Assembly (NCBI RefSeq): GCF_000281045.1
Contig: NW_008246079.1
Coordinates: 3,735-67,734, forward strand
Source: Saprolegnia diclina VS20
Lineage: Eukaryota
Length of the DNA: 64,000 nt
Direction of reading: 5' to 3'
The first letter of the stretch is position 1; every line of letters begins with the position of its first letter. Under the pieces are notes generated by a model. It did no database searches, was not told the origin of the DNA, and worked only from the letters and a program-made list of their open reading frames with translations. Shown piece by piece: positions 52,047-64,000 of the stretch. Position numbers and translations under genes: made by a program.

Positions 52047-54586
52047 TTAGTGCAAAGTCGATGTCGGTGACGTGGCATCGTCAAACGTGTGCAGGGCTTG
52101 AACGTGGTGGACGAGCGCAACGGCATCGAACGACTTGAAGTGGCAGTGCGGGCATGCGGTCCGCTGCGTCTCGAGTATCTCGCGACTCTCGGCGACGGTC
52201 GGCGCGTGGGCGCTTTCAACGTGCGCGAGCAGCAGCACCGGGTCTTTCGTAGAGAAGCGGCAGTACGGGCACACGTGGCGGGAAAACATGTTGCGGACCG
52301 TCGTCTGCAGCGCTTCGTACTCGCCCGTCTCGTTTCTCTGGCGCCGAGACAGCACGATGCAGGCAAAGGACGCTAGTAGCAAGAGAAGGACGCCACCGAC
52401 AACGCCGACGATGATGACCCACGAGCCAACGCCCGAGGCCCTCTCGTCGCTTGACGGCTTTGGCAGCGGCGGCGCCGACCCGAGCGTCGCCGCGCCGAGG
52501 GGAGACGTCGACACGATCGAGTAGTCTTGGGCTGACACTTGGAGGGCGCCCGTGACGCGCACGGTGACGACGAGCGGGCCGGACGCACTCGCACTGCGGG
52601 TGGCGAGGCCTGCCAGCGTCTCGTAAGAGGCGTCGATCATTTCAATGTTGTTGACACTGTCCCGGCGCTGGCCGTTGGTCGAGAGCGGGAACACCACCTT
52701 GTTCGTCCCTGGGAGCAGCACCGAGAGGTCGAGGTCGTTGGTCAGAAGCGACGTGCCGAGGGGCGCCGACGTCTGCGGCGGATCCGTCCATACAATCTGC
52801 AAGGGTGAGTACATGGCGTCGCAGGCATGGTACCGTAACGCGGAGGTGGCCGCCGGGCGAGACGCTGACGCTGTAGTCGTGCACGTAGCCTTGCGAGAGC
52901 GACGGGACCATGCCTACGCGTGTTACATAGAAACTACGGACTTGAGGACACCTAAGTACCCGTGTGGTTAGGGTAAAAGTACACGGTCGGCGACGTCGCC
53001 GTTGGCCAAAGGGTGGCGACGTTAGGACGACCGTAGCCTTGGCGCGGGTCAGGGTACTGCTTGAAGAGGTACATGCCCTTCTTGATCCCGTCGCACGTCG
53101 ATGTCTGGACATGAATGTCAACGACCCGTGGTCGTACAGAGGACGCTACCGCAGACAAATCGGGCAGCCGTCGGACGAGCGGCGTTGCGCTGTGCAGCAG
53201 CAGCGCCTTGAGCAAGCTCGACGGGATCGACGTCATGGCGAACGCCGGCGACGGGCTGCCGTTGACCCAGTATCCGTCGCGAAGCCAGCTGTAGAGAAGC
53301 GTCGCCATGCCCGACACGATCGGTGTCGCCTACAACGTTCTGTCGCAGGCTGCGAACGACGGAAGGGTACCTGCGAGGTGCCTTCGAGCCGGCACGTCGA
53401 CGCGGTGCTCGTCGCATTCTCGCTCGGGAAGGACTTGGCCGACACGAGAAAGCGACCTGGTGCCACCTAAATAACAGTGTAACACCAGGAAGTATACACC
53501 AAAGTAGCTACGAGGTCGGGCTTGATACGGCCGTCGCGCGTCGGGCCCATCGACGAGTAATAGGTCAACGCGTCTTGGTTCAGAATGTCTTGGCAGTCGG
53601 CCGGCTGCGTGTCGCTCGCCGCAGTTGCTAATGTCTTGTAAGTTGAACAGCATTACTTTGGTTGGGGCGACCGTGTACCTAGCGTCGTGACGTCGGCCAG
53701 GGACGCGCCGACCGTGAGGCTGTTTTTGGCGCCAGCCGGACTCACGATGGACGTAGCGCCGTTGCCACCGGCGTTGCCGGCCGCCGTGACGAGCAAAATA
53801 TCCGGGTGGTCGTACAGGTACTTGTCAATGGCCCGGGTCCGCTATCATAACACTTGCTAGGATACGACGAGCGTAAACGCAGCGTACGTCGTCGTAGTCG
53901 TCGGTGGTCGTGATAAAGGCGCTGCCGGTCGACGCCGTGCCCCAGGAATAGGAAATGACTTTGGCGCCGGCCTTGGTTTGGTTGAGAAAGAGAGCTACGG
54001 CCACGATCATATTCTACAAGCAAGTAGGGTGGCAGTACCTTCGGGCGTCGTAGGCACTCGGAGCACAACGGCGGAGGGGCACGGCAGCGTCGTGCAGTCG
54101 GTGGCAATGTCCAGAAAGGCGATGCGGGCGTCCGGCGCAACGCCCAGCGGGTACGTCGCTTCTGCGTTGCCAGCGAGGATGCCGCTCACGTGCGTTCCGT
54201 GGCCGCATGCCTAGATCACGCTCTCAATGCACCGACGAGGCTAGATCATGTACGTGGTCGGGCTCATTCGACTGGTCCTTCTCGTCCGCAAACGTCTCGT
54301 AGTGCACGACCTTGCGCGCCTTGAGGTCGAAGCGGTTGTAGACGCTCGACGCCTGGGCGAACTGGTCGTGCGCCATGTACAGGCCCGAGTCGGTGACGCC
54401 GACGACCGAGCCGTTGCCCGTCCTAGGATGCGCATGAGCGAGGGTTCGCCGGCCGAAGATGACGCACACGCCATGGCGGTGGAAGGTGCTGATGCCCATG
54501 AGGTCAAAGATGTGCGTCAGCGGCGACGCAGCGGCGGCGGCCGCCATCGGCGCCGCGAGCGCAGCCACGAGCGCGAGCCGGTGCAT
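52047..54586 (-). CDS. Type I membrane S8 subtilisin-like protease (KP-43/TagA-like) with two C-terminal C2H2-like fingers, many introns
   Basis: Signal peptide; VGVTDSG (Asp), HGTHVSG (His), AAGN, DGRIKPDLV, GTSQ|ATP (Ser), LLKALLLHSA, QGYGR, VWTDPP, NDLDL; TM helix; CPYC…H…H and CPHC…H…H. Confidence 0.88.
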
Positions 54587-54821
54587 CGTCCCGTGTCACG
54601 CGAGCGTCTCGCAGCGCCGTACATCGTACATTCATTGTACGCGTTGTACGTACTGTACCCCAATACATTCTTCAAGTGTGTTGATGCAGAGAGCGTCGCC
54701 GTACGTACATTGCACGACCCACAACCCGGTCCTGATCCCAACCCAAGACAATTCTGTACATTCGATGACACTGCAAGCTACCAACCAAAGTCGTAGACTA
54801 GTGTTTTCGTAGCGACTAGAC

Positions 54822-57800
54822 CTACGAGAGCTCAAACCCGGCCTTGCTGCGGATCGCGTAGAGCAGCTTGGCGCGCATGACGTCCTTGGACGAGTACGTC
54901 GGCAGCTTGAGGAGGTTCATGCACGTGGCGCTTGACGGGAGGCGCTCGTCGTCCGAGATGCGGACTTGCTGGATGCACACGAGCGGCTGCAGCTGCTTGA
55001 ACCCGAGCAGCGGTTGTCGCGAGCAGCTACACAGCGATCTGAGAGCTCATTCGCAGTCGTGCCAGAGTACCTCGTGATGAACTTGAGGAGCTCGCCGCGG
55101 TCGTCGGGCGAGAGGTCGGCGACAATGTCCCAGAACCACTGCATGATCGGCTGCGACGGGTGGTACCCGCCGCCATAGTTGGTGTTGGCCTTCCAGTCGT
55201 CGACGTCGACGTCGCGCGTGGCGCCGCCAATCAGCATTTGCAGCTCCGTCTAGCCTCACCATGAGACGACAACGCGGCCACTGCACTACAACGTACGGGG
55301 CTGAACATCAGCAGCCACAGCGACGGCAGAATATCGTGGAAGCCTTGGAGGAACGCGTGCGTCGCCGGTGCGATTTGCGCATTGAGCTTGAAGTTCGCGA
55401 GCAGGTGAATGTACCGCACGTAGTTGGCCGCCGTCACCGACGTCGCTTGGCCGTTCGGCGCCAGATCCTGCACGTGCACTACACAGAGAATAAGACAATA
55501 TTCTCCACTCTCGCGCCGACGTACTGGCGCCGTTGCGGGACGTAGCGACGCTGAACGTGAGGCCCATATCGTCGATGAGGCTCGGCGTCTGCTTCATCTC
55601 GAGGATGTGACGGTACAGCGTGGCGTCGAGCGACTGAAGATCGTCGAGCGAGTTGAGTTGCCCGAGGAGCTTTTGTAGAAAGAACGGCGCAAACGGCGGC
55701 TCGATCAAGATGCCTTCGTACAGCGCCTTGGCGAGGACGCGGCCCAAGAAGCGGTAGTGGCGGCCCGGGTCGCTCCCTACACTATCATGCGTCTCGCTTC
55801 CCAAGATCGTAGAGCGTACCAAAGAGGAAGGCAGCGCTTGGGTTTGGGTACAGCAGTCGGTCGTCCGTGGCGAGGAAGAACGGGTGCTAGAGCAACGTTA
55901 TCCGCGCGTCCCAGCAACAAGAAGTGAACCTCGGTCGAGAAGGCGTGCTTGGTGAGCAGGTCCATGTACTCCTTGAAGACGCCGCCGCCGTCGACGCCGG
56001 CCTCGTCCAGCCCTTGGGCGTTCACGAACGTCACTTGCATGCGCGACTTGAGGCCGCCGGCGCCTTGCTCGGCAAAGATGCTCTCGAACGCCTCAAAGCT
56101 GTCGGCGATCATCTCGTCGCGGCGAATGCGCAGCGGCCGGAGCTGGCTAAACACGTGGCGGCCCGGGATCTGCGCCTTCTCTCGGTCGATGCACTCGGTG
56201 AAGAACTCGACGCGCGACGCAAACGGGATCGCCTGCGGCAGCGTCGAGAGCACAAAGTGCAGTCGCGCGAGCAGCGGCGCCTCAAAGAACTCGTCGAGCG
56301 ATACGCCGTCTTCGGTCGAGAGCTCGAGGCCAAACTGCTGCAGATGCAGCACCGTCGGCCACACCCACGCGTCCGGTCGCGCGCAAAAGTGGAGCCGCGT
56401 GTTCCGGACGAACAGCAGATTCCAGAGCCTGAGCACGAGCCCGAGGTCCAGCAGCGTCATGGCCGAGACGGGCCCTTGCGCGAGCCAGAGCACGTGGTAC
56501 AACCGGAGGCGCATCGCATCGACGGCGGCAGGCAAAAAGTCGACGTGGGCTTGGAGCGAGAGGTCGTCCGACGTGTGCAGGTACTGCACAAAGGCGCCAG
56601 CAAAGAGCACCCAGAGCGGCGACGTCGAAGGGTCGCTCGGATGCCCCAGCGACCGGAAGAGACCGTGAAGGACGCTGCGTTCTGAGAGAGCAAAGAGCAA
56701 CGACGAGAGCGCGGTCGGGGGCACCAGCATTTGCGCCGAGAGGAAGAACGGCCGCGCCTCGAGACACAGCGGCGCGTACACGCGCGTGCAAACAGCAACA
56801 AAGTACTTGGACGCTGGGCACAAGAGCTGGCTCAGAAGCGCGTGGTGCGTCCAGAGCGTGAGCTGGTCGGTGACACCCACCGGCAACGACGCCGGCGCCG
56901 CAGCCAACGCGCTTCCTTCGTCATCGGACGAAGCCATGTCGATGCCGAGGCGCCAGTACGCGCTGTGGAGGACGTCGGGCGACACGTAGGCCAACAGGAC
57001 TGCTCGGTGGTCGTCGTGGAGCGTCAACGAGAGCTACACCGCCATTGAATGAAGCGAAAGGGAGGTAGAGGGGTGTACCGCGAGCTCGAGAAGGTTGCCC
57101 AGCACGATAGCGCGCTGCTCGAGACGGAGGCTCGCACGCCACTGCGTCTCGTGGGCGAGCGCCGGCCACGAGAGCGCAGTCTCAAGCCACGCTTTCTACA
57201 GAAACATCAGCGGGAATCCCATGGAGATCGACGTACAAACTGGGGCTCGCGGGCGGCGAGCGGCGTCGTCAAGAGCGTTTGCGCAAACGTCGTGTGGAGC
57301 GCGTCGGCGTCGAGGAGCTGCGACAGCAGCGGCGCCACGATTCCGTACACTACACCGCCTCTGAGTCATTGCGCGCGAGGACCGCAGGTACGTACACGCA
57401 GTCTGGCGCTGCTGGACCGCGGCGACGACGACGTGGAAGAAGCTTTGCTGCGATGGTATCTTGGCCCAGTGCGCAATCGTCGGTAGCGAGAGCCGGGGTA
57501 GAACGGCCAAGAGCGCCGGGCTCGACGCGTCCACGCGGAACGCAGTGGCACACAGCATCGCAAGCCGGCGATGCCACGCCCGCGCCACCGCAGCGTCGCA
57601 GTTGCAAGCGTCGTCGAGCGATGGCCACGCTTGGAGCACGAGCTCGAGGAGCGCGGTCGTTGTCGTGCTCGACAGGTACCGCTGCACAAAGGTGGCCTCC
57701 TGAACGAGCCGCGTCAGCACCGGCAGCGGCACGACAAAGGTATAAAGTCGCTGGAGCGCGGCAATGTCGTTGCACTTGGCCGTCACGGACGCGAGGAGGC

Positions 57801-58002
57801 TCTGCGTGACCGCGCGCCGGGCGCGGACGCTACGGTACCACGCCTGGACCTTGCTGCTGTTGATGTGGAAGGTGCGCTTCTGGGCGCGCTCCATGCGCTC
57901 GCGCTGGGCGGCGGCGACGACGTCTTGCTTGGACGCGGCCGCGTGGTCCCGCCGCCCGCTCATGCTCACGCGCGGCGCCCGCGTTGCCTTGCCGTCAAAC
58001 AT
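54822..58002 (-). CDS. HECT E3 ubiquitin ligase, UBE3B/UBE3C (UPL6/7)-like, multi-exon
   Basis: N-terminal MFDG..RVSMSG and IQ-like [50 protein letters not shown]…AGFELS*. Confidence 0.93.
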
Positions 58003-58364
58003 ATCTTGCCGCTTCTGTGCCAAACCTGTAGTGCGACTAATCGACTAAAACATTCGGGTAGTCGATCGCGCGACAGGGGACATTGGGTTTTACCCTTTGT
58101 CCCACGTCGAGAAGGTACAACCCAAGGCGCTTCCATCACGGTGGGAGGCACCCTCGCGCCGCTTCTTTGGGCAGGTAGCTCCGACCGCGTCGCAGGCAGA
58201 GCAACGTACGCGACGGCCTCTTGGTCAACGGGACTTGGCATGGCGCTCGGCGTAGACACGGCCTGTAAAAGTGACCAATCACACGGCCGCACGTCATCTT
58301 TTTGGCCAATGGCCTTGCGGCGATTGTGGCGGATCTTGCGATTTTATCACCGCACAGTGGCGAC

Positions 58365-61300
58365 ATGGACTTCCTCCGGTCCGTCGAGGAGGACCTGCAT
58401 GGCCTCATCTACGAGACGAAGAAGAAGCTGCCGGCCGTGCGCGACGCGGCCGAGAAGGGCCTCGAGCAGATCGTGCTCATGCGGCAGATGTACGCGCAGT
58501 CGATGCGCGTGGACGCGGCGCCGGGGCCGGGCCACGCGGTCTTCAAGAGCGACGCGATCCTGCAGCCCTTCTTGCTCGTGTGCAACCACGCCACCGCGAG
58601 CCAGAAGCTGCTCATCTCGTGCTTCAACAGCATCCAGCGCCTCGTGTCCTGGGACGCGATCACGACCGAAGCCGTGAGCAACATCCTGCGCGTGCTGCAG
58701 ATCCAGGCCGAGCGCAACAACAGCCAAGACGTACGCGCGTCGCTCGCCATCCACGGCTAACTTCTTTGTAGATCCAGCTCAAGCTACTGCAGACGCTGCT
58801 GCAGCTGCTCACACTCGCCTTCACAAACGGCGACGAGCAAATGACCAAGGATGACCTCATTAGCCAAGCCATGTGGATCTGTCTGCACCTGCAAAGCCAG
58901 AGCGGGAACCCGATCACCGCCAATACGGCCGCGATGACCGTGCGGCAGATCGTCACCATGGTCTTCGACAACGTGCTGCACCATGCCACGGCGGACGAGG
59001 CGGTGCGAACGCGCGCCAAGAACGTCGGCTTCCTTGTCTTCCAGGACCTCTGCCTCATGAGCCGCGAAGAGGCTGGCGTGTGGCTCAAGCGCACAACATT
59101 CTCCAAGCTTCTCGGCGTCGAGCTCGTCGAAGCCGTCCTCACGTCGCACGCCGGCCTCTTCCGCGACGACGTCGAGTTTCGGAGCATGCTCAAGCAGCAC
59201 ATCAAGACGCTCGTGACCATGAACCTCGACAGCCTCTTAGCGCCAGCGGCGGTCGCCAACCCGTCGACGTTTCCGCTGCTGCTGCGCATCATGCGGCTCG
59301 CGGGCACAGTCCTCTCGCACTTCTCTGCGCTCTTGCCCGACGAGTGCCTCGTCATTTGGCTCGCACTTCTCGAGATCGTCTCAACCGGCAGCTACTCTCC
59401 GTCAAGTCCATCATCATCATCATCCACCGGCAAGTCGAACCGGCAGCGAGCCGACCGGACGACCGCGGTGGTCGTGGCGGCACCGCTGACGTCGGCGTCG
59501 GGCAGCAGCGCGGCCCCGTCGACGATACCGGCGCCGGCGCACCACGTGACCATCAACTACGTCACGTGGCCCGTCCTATTGGCGATGGAGGTCGTCTCCA
59601 AGGCGTGTCACGAGCCCGAAGTCCTCCCGGCCCTGGCGCTGTACCCGCAGCACGTACTGCTGCAAATCGCCCGGCACGTGGCCGCCGTCGTCACGCTGTC
59701 GCCGCCAGCCGACTACAAGCCGTCGCACGACACGACGTTCTACCGCAGCGGTCTCGAGTACCTCAACGACGTCGAGACGCCGACGCTGCAGCCGTTCTAC
59801 CACTGCTTGCGCCTCAGCGCCATTTGTCTCGGCCAAATGGTGTCGGCGCTCACGACGCCGTCCTTAGTGCCACTCACGGGGCAGTACATGCTCACGTCGA
59901 TCGCGCCCTTCGTGCTAAACGCGTCGACGTGTCTTCTGCGCTTTTGCCGTGACGCAGAGCTCGTCAACCTCGCGCTCAAGTCGCTCCATGGACTCTCGTC
60001 TGCCGAAGCTAGCTTCCGCGGTCACCTCTCCCCGTCGGTGCTGGCGTCGACCCGACCGGTGGGCGTGGCGTGTCTCCAGACCCTCTGCGTCTTTTCATTT
60101 CCGATCGTACCGGCGTCGCGGGTCGTCAAGTGCGTCTCGGGGTCCGGGTACCCGAGCATGGTCGAGTACTTGCCCGAGGACTTGGTGTTTCTAGTCGACG
60201 AGCCGCTCCTGACGTGGAAGGAGATCCAAGCGATGAAGACGCTCTTCCGGTCCGTGCATACGATGGAGAACGACCTCAACACGCCCGAGTGGCGCGTGCT
60301 TCTCGAAGGGTTCGAGATCCTCGTCGCGCTGAGCAACCTCAAGCAAAAGGCCAAGGGCGTGCACACCAAGATGGGCACGGGGCCGCAAGCGCTCAAGGTC
60401 GAAGACGAAGACGTCGAGCAGCAGCTCGTCATGCTCGGGTTCTCGGTCACCGAGTACTTTCAAAACAGCACCAACGACGGCATCCTCGGCCACGACGCGC
60501 TCTTGCATGTTCTCAAGGCGCTGCAGCGCATCTGTCTCGGCCAGCTGCAGTCGTCGACGCCCGAACCCGACGACACCGACACGGCGACGACGACGACGCT
60601 GGACGACAACTCGGCACTCACGTCGGCCCTCGCGGACGTGGCGACGAACGAAGCGATGCTCGCGTGGGACGTCGTCTCGATCCCGTACAGCTCCCACCTT
60701 CGAGTGTACGACCAGACGCTAGGACTCTCGTCCGTCGCCGGCGCGCCGTTCTCGCCGTCGTTTGCGATCCGCCTCTTTGTGCAGTTGGCCAAGCAGCACC
60801 CGACCGCCTGGGCGTACGTGATCCGCGAGCTCGTCGCCCTCAGTTGCGCACCAACATCGTCGCTCGGTGCGTCGTTCCAGGCGTTCACGACCGACGCTGT
60901 CTTCCAGCTCATGCAGTCGGCCATCGCTTCGACCCACGCAATGGCGCAAGAAGACGACGTGTGCGGGTTCATGCTGCAACTGCTGGCGTCCGAGACGATG
61001 AAGGAGCGGGCGCTCGCTGGCGTCCTTGACTTTTTGCAGGCGTGCGGGCACCTCCTCACGACCGGCTGGCCCACGGTGCTGGCAACGCTGCAGTCGTCGG
61101 CCGCATTGGACGCGCGGTGCCAAGTCGTTGCGTTCAAGAGCGTCCGGCTCGTCGTCGACGACCTCCTCGGGAACATGCCGTTGACGTACCGGCGCGAGTG
61201 CATCGGGTGTGTCGGAGCGTTTGCTTCGAGCGCAAAAGACGTCAACGTGAGCTTGACAGCTGTCAACGCGCTCTGGAGCATCTCGGACGCGATCGCCAAG

Positions 61301-63073
61301 CAGGCCACCGACGTCGACGAGCTCTGGCCACGAGCGCTGGGCGAGCTCCGGCGGATTGCGTCCGACCCGCGTCCCGAGGTGCGCAACTGCGCGATCAACA
61401 CGCTGTTTGGGATGGCGGTCACGCATGGCACGCAGTTTCAGCTGCCCGAGTGGCAGCTCTGCCTCGAAGACACGGTGCTGCCGCTTGGCATGGCCCTCGG
61501 CACCGCGACCGTACTCGACGAGGGCGCTGTGGCAACGCCCGGCCTGCGGACGCACCATTCGCGTGACAGCGTCGCGAAGCAGTACGACGAGTCGCGCGTC
61601 CTCGTGCTCTCGGGCCTCGCCCGCGTCGTCCAGACGCACGGCGGCGCGCTCATTGCGCTCGACGACTGGTTCCCGAGCATGTGGTCGGCGCTTCTTACTT
61701 ACATTGGACGGGAAGCGGCGCACGCGTCGTCCGAAGTCGTGCTCGCGGCCGTCCAGACGCTGCACACGCTCCTCCAAGTCGTGTCGGTCGATGGCGTCGA
61801 TGCGTCGGCGACACCGTTGCGCGCCGGCGTCGGCATGCGCATGGTCGACGGCACTCTCGCGCCCGCGGACGCTTCGGCCTCGACGGCATCCGCGCGCAAG
61901 CCGATGCCGCCGACGCCCGTGGTCATTTGGGACACGGCGTTTGACTTGCTCTTGTCCGTGGCGGGCAAGTCGACGACGGACCACGACGCGGACGTGGCGG
62001 CCGCGGTGGTCTTGGCGATTGTCCAGCTCTACAACCAGTGTCGGGACCACGAGTGCAAGACGGCGGCCCGGGTCGCCGGCATCCTCGCGCTCTTTGAGGC
62101 GTGCATGGACGCCTACGTCTTCTCGCGCCCCGCGACAATCACGGGCGGCACGACCAACTCGGTGCACGCGCGGATCATCAACGCGTACGACGACTGCGCG
62201 TACTTTACGCCGGCCGTGCATCGCGACGTCATTGCCCAAGTGCTCACGTTCCTCGTCCGCGCCCAGTCGCTTCACATCACGGTGCTCGTCAAGCACCTGC
62301 TGAGCACGCTCGCCAAGCTCGTCGAGCGCATTGCTCCACCGGCGCTCTCGGCCTCGGCGCGCGAGATGCTCACGAGCATCCAGCCGAGTCTCGACACCAA
62401 GACGCAGGACGTGTCGACAGCGGCAGCGACGCTGACCAGTGCCGAGAAGGCCGCGCTGGGTCTCTGGCGACCTGCGGTGCCCGTGCTCCAGGCGCTGACG
62501 ACGCATGCGCTACCCGTGGCGCCAAAAATGGCGCCGTATCTGCTGGCGACGATCGCGACCGTGCTCGGCCCGGCACCCCGGCGCGACGATGACCACGACG
62601 ACGAAACGCTCGAGCTCAACGTCCTCGACAAGCTCGTCGAGAGCATGGTCGGCCGCGTGCCACCGTCGGCAGAAGGCACGGCGCGCTTCATGGACCTCTT
62701 GACGGCGTCGAGCGGGCGGCGGCCGGCGGTCGCCAGTGCGTGCGTCCAACACCTGATCGCGCTCGGGTCCGTGGCCAACACGAACGGGCCGCTGCGCCAG
62801 GCGTGCCGCATTGAGCTCCTCTCGCTGGCCAACGACGCCCTCGGCGCGTACCAGCAGCGCCCGACCGAGCACCGCGAGCGGGTGCTCACGCTGCTCTCGA
62901 CGCTCGGGGCGAGTCCGCTCTCGCCGCGCAATGTGCTCGTGCTCTTCCCGTCGCTCTGCGCGTGCATTAGCTGCGACGACGCCGAGATCCGGTCCTGGAT
63001 CCAGCGCATCTTGCTCGAGTCCAACGTGGCCGCGACCTGCTTGGCCCTCCTCCACGACGACGTAACTCAGTAA
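58365..63073 (+). CDS. MON2: MON2 homolog (Arf-GEF-like Golgi/endosome scaffold)
   Basis: DL..L..E.KKK.PAVRDAAE start; QLKLLQTL after intron 58731-58771; NVSLTAVNALWSISD; DPRPEVRNCAINTLF; HHSRDS..KQYDE. Confidence 0.9.
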
Positions 63074-63318
63074 ATCCCAATCTTATTGCGATCTTCTCGT
63101 TTGTCCCAACATGGGGCACTGGTGGAAAACCGGTTTAGTCGAAACAACGAGTTTAGTCGCTTCCAATTTCGAGATCCTTCCGCTTCTGGGACATGCGCCT
63201 CGGGAATTCTGCAGCTCGCCGGCCGCTTGCCGCAGCTCCTCGCCCGCCTGCTCGCAACGACGGGCCCTACGAGGTGGCCGAGCATGGAACCATCAAGCAT
63301 CTCTATGGGCCCTGCGGC

Positions 63319-64000
63319 TTATCGCATGCGCTGGAAGAAGAGCAGGTATGCGTTCTCTTGCAGCGCGGCCTCGGTCGTCCGCGGGATGACCGTGTCGTCG
63401 TCGTAGCACGTCCACTGGTCCTTGGCGTCGCAGCATGACATGGTGTAGTGGCCGCCGACGGCCTCCATGCCGTGGTGCGCAATGACGGCGAAGAGCTTGT
63501 AGACCGCGTCGGCCTTGCGCAGCTTGGGCGAGAAGAGCGTCGTTGGGAGCACGAGCTCGAGCGGGTACTCGACAAACGTGTTGAGCTTGAGCGGACCGAG
63601 GCGCGGGTCGTACGTGAAGCGCTTGACGTGGCATGTCAGTACGTTCGGAAGCGACTCGATGAACGTGCGCTTCGTCCCGCGACTCTCCAGCACCTACGTC
63701 CCCTCCGTGAGCTGGCGATGGCAACCTAGGTCGTACCTCGTCGGCCATCGAGCTCTGGATCATCTCGAGTAGCGTCTCGGGCGTCGTGCCCATGTTGAGG
63801 TGCAGGCAGTGGAACGGCTCGACCGTCGACGCGCTCACCTTGCGGCCGGCCTACATTCGCGCAGCTTGATACATACTTGATACAAGCGCGATCCGACGTA
63901 CGCGGATCTCGGACCGCAGCGTGCCCTTGAAGAGGTGTGTGATCGGCGACTCGGTCTCGACGACGTTGTGGTGCACGACGCCGACGCGGCCGTGGGCCTG
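63319..64000 (-). CDS. Ubiquitin-specific protease (USP/C19, USP10/UBP3-like), 3' part running off the window
   Basis: SPITHLFKGTLRS, EPFHCLHL, LPNVLTCHVKRF, His box YKLFAVIAHHG…GGHYT, WTCYDD and AYLLFF. Confidence 0.88.

Overview
GC-rich, gene-dense eukaryotic DNA with very short GT-AG introns (about 40-55 nt), an oomycete Inr/FPR core-promoter motif and oomycete-type secreted families. I infer an oomycete, most likely Saprolegniales (Saprolegnia/Achlya-like). Conserved intron-containing genes: RluA-type pseudouridine synthase, a bacterial-looking Kv channel, two tandem CNBD/EAG-like K+ channels, GH19 chitinase, a membrane-anchored S8 protease, a UBE3C-like HECT ligase, MON2 and a USP fragment. 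Interspersed intronless expanded families: three F-box-like/LRR-like proteins, two giant internally duplicated multipass membrane proteins, two Kazal inhibitors and five helicase-associated (HA)-repeat loci. The most unusual structure is the 31.6-43.2 kb block. It holds two giant HA-repeat proteins built from a higher-order four-repeat cassette, an HA relic, and a solitary Ty3/Gypsy Gag-like ORF (broken by a 23-bp tandem duplication) directly downstream on the same strand. Also notable: a 99-bp segment near 2 kb has a near-identical copy inside an HA pseudogene near 51.3 kb, and a nucleoside hydrolase is frameshifted at an A5 run. All family calls come from motif recognition by eye; no searches were run. 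No rRNA, tRNA or CRISPR array was recognised.
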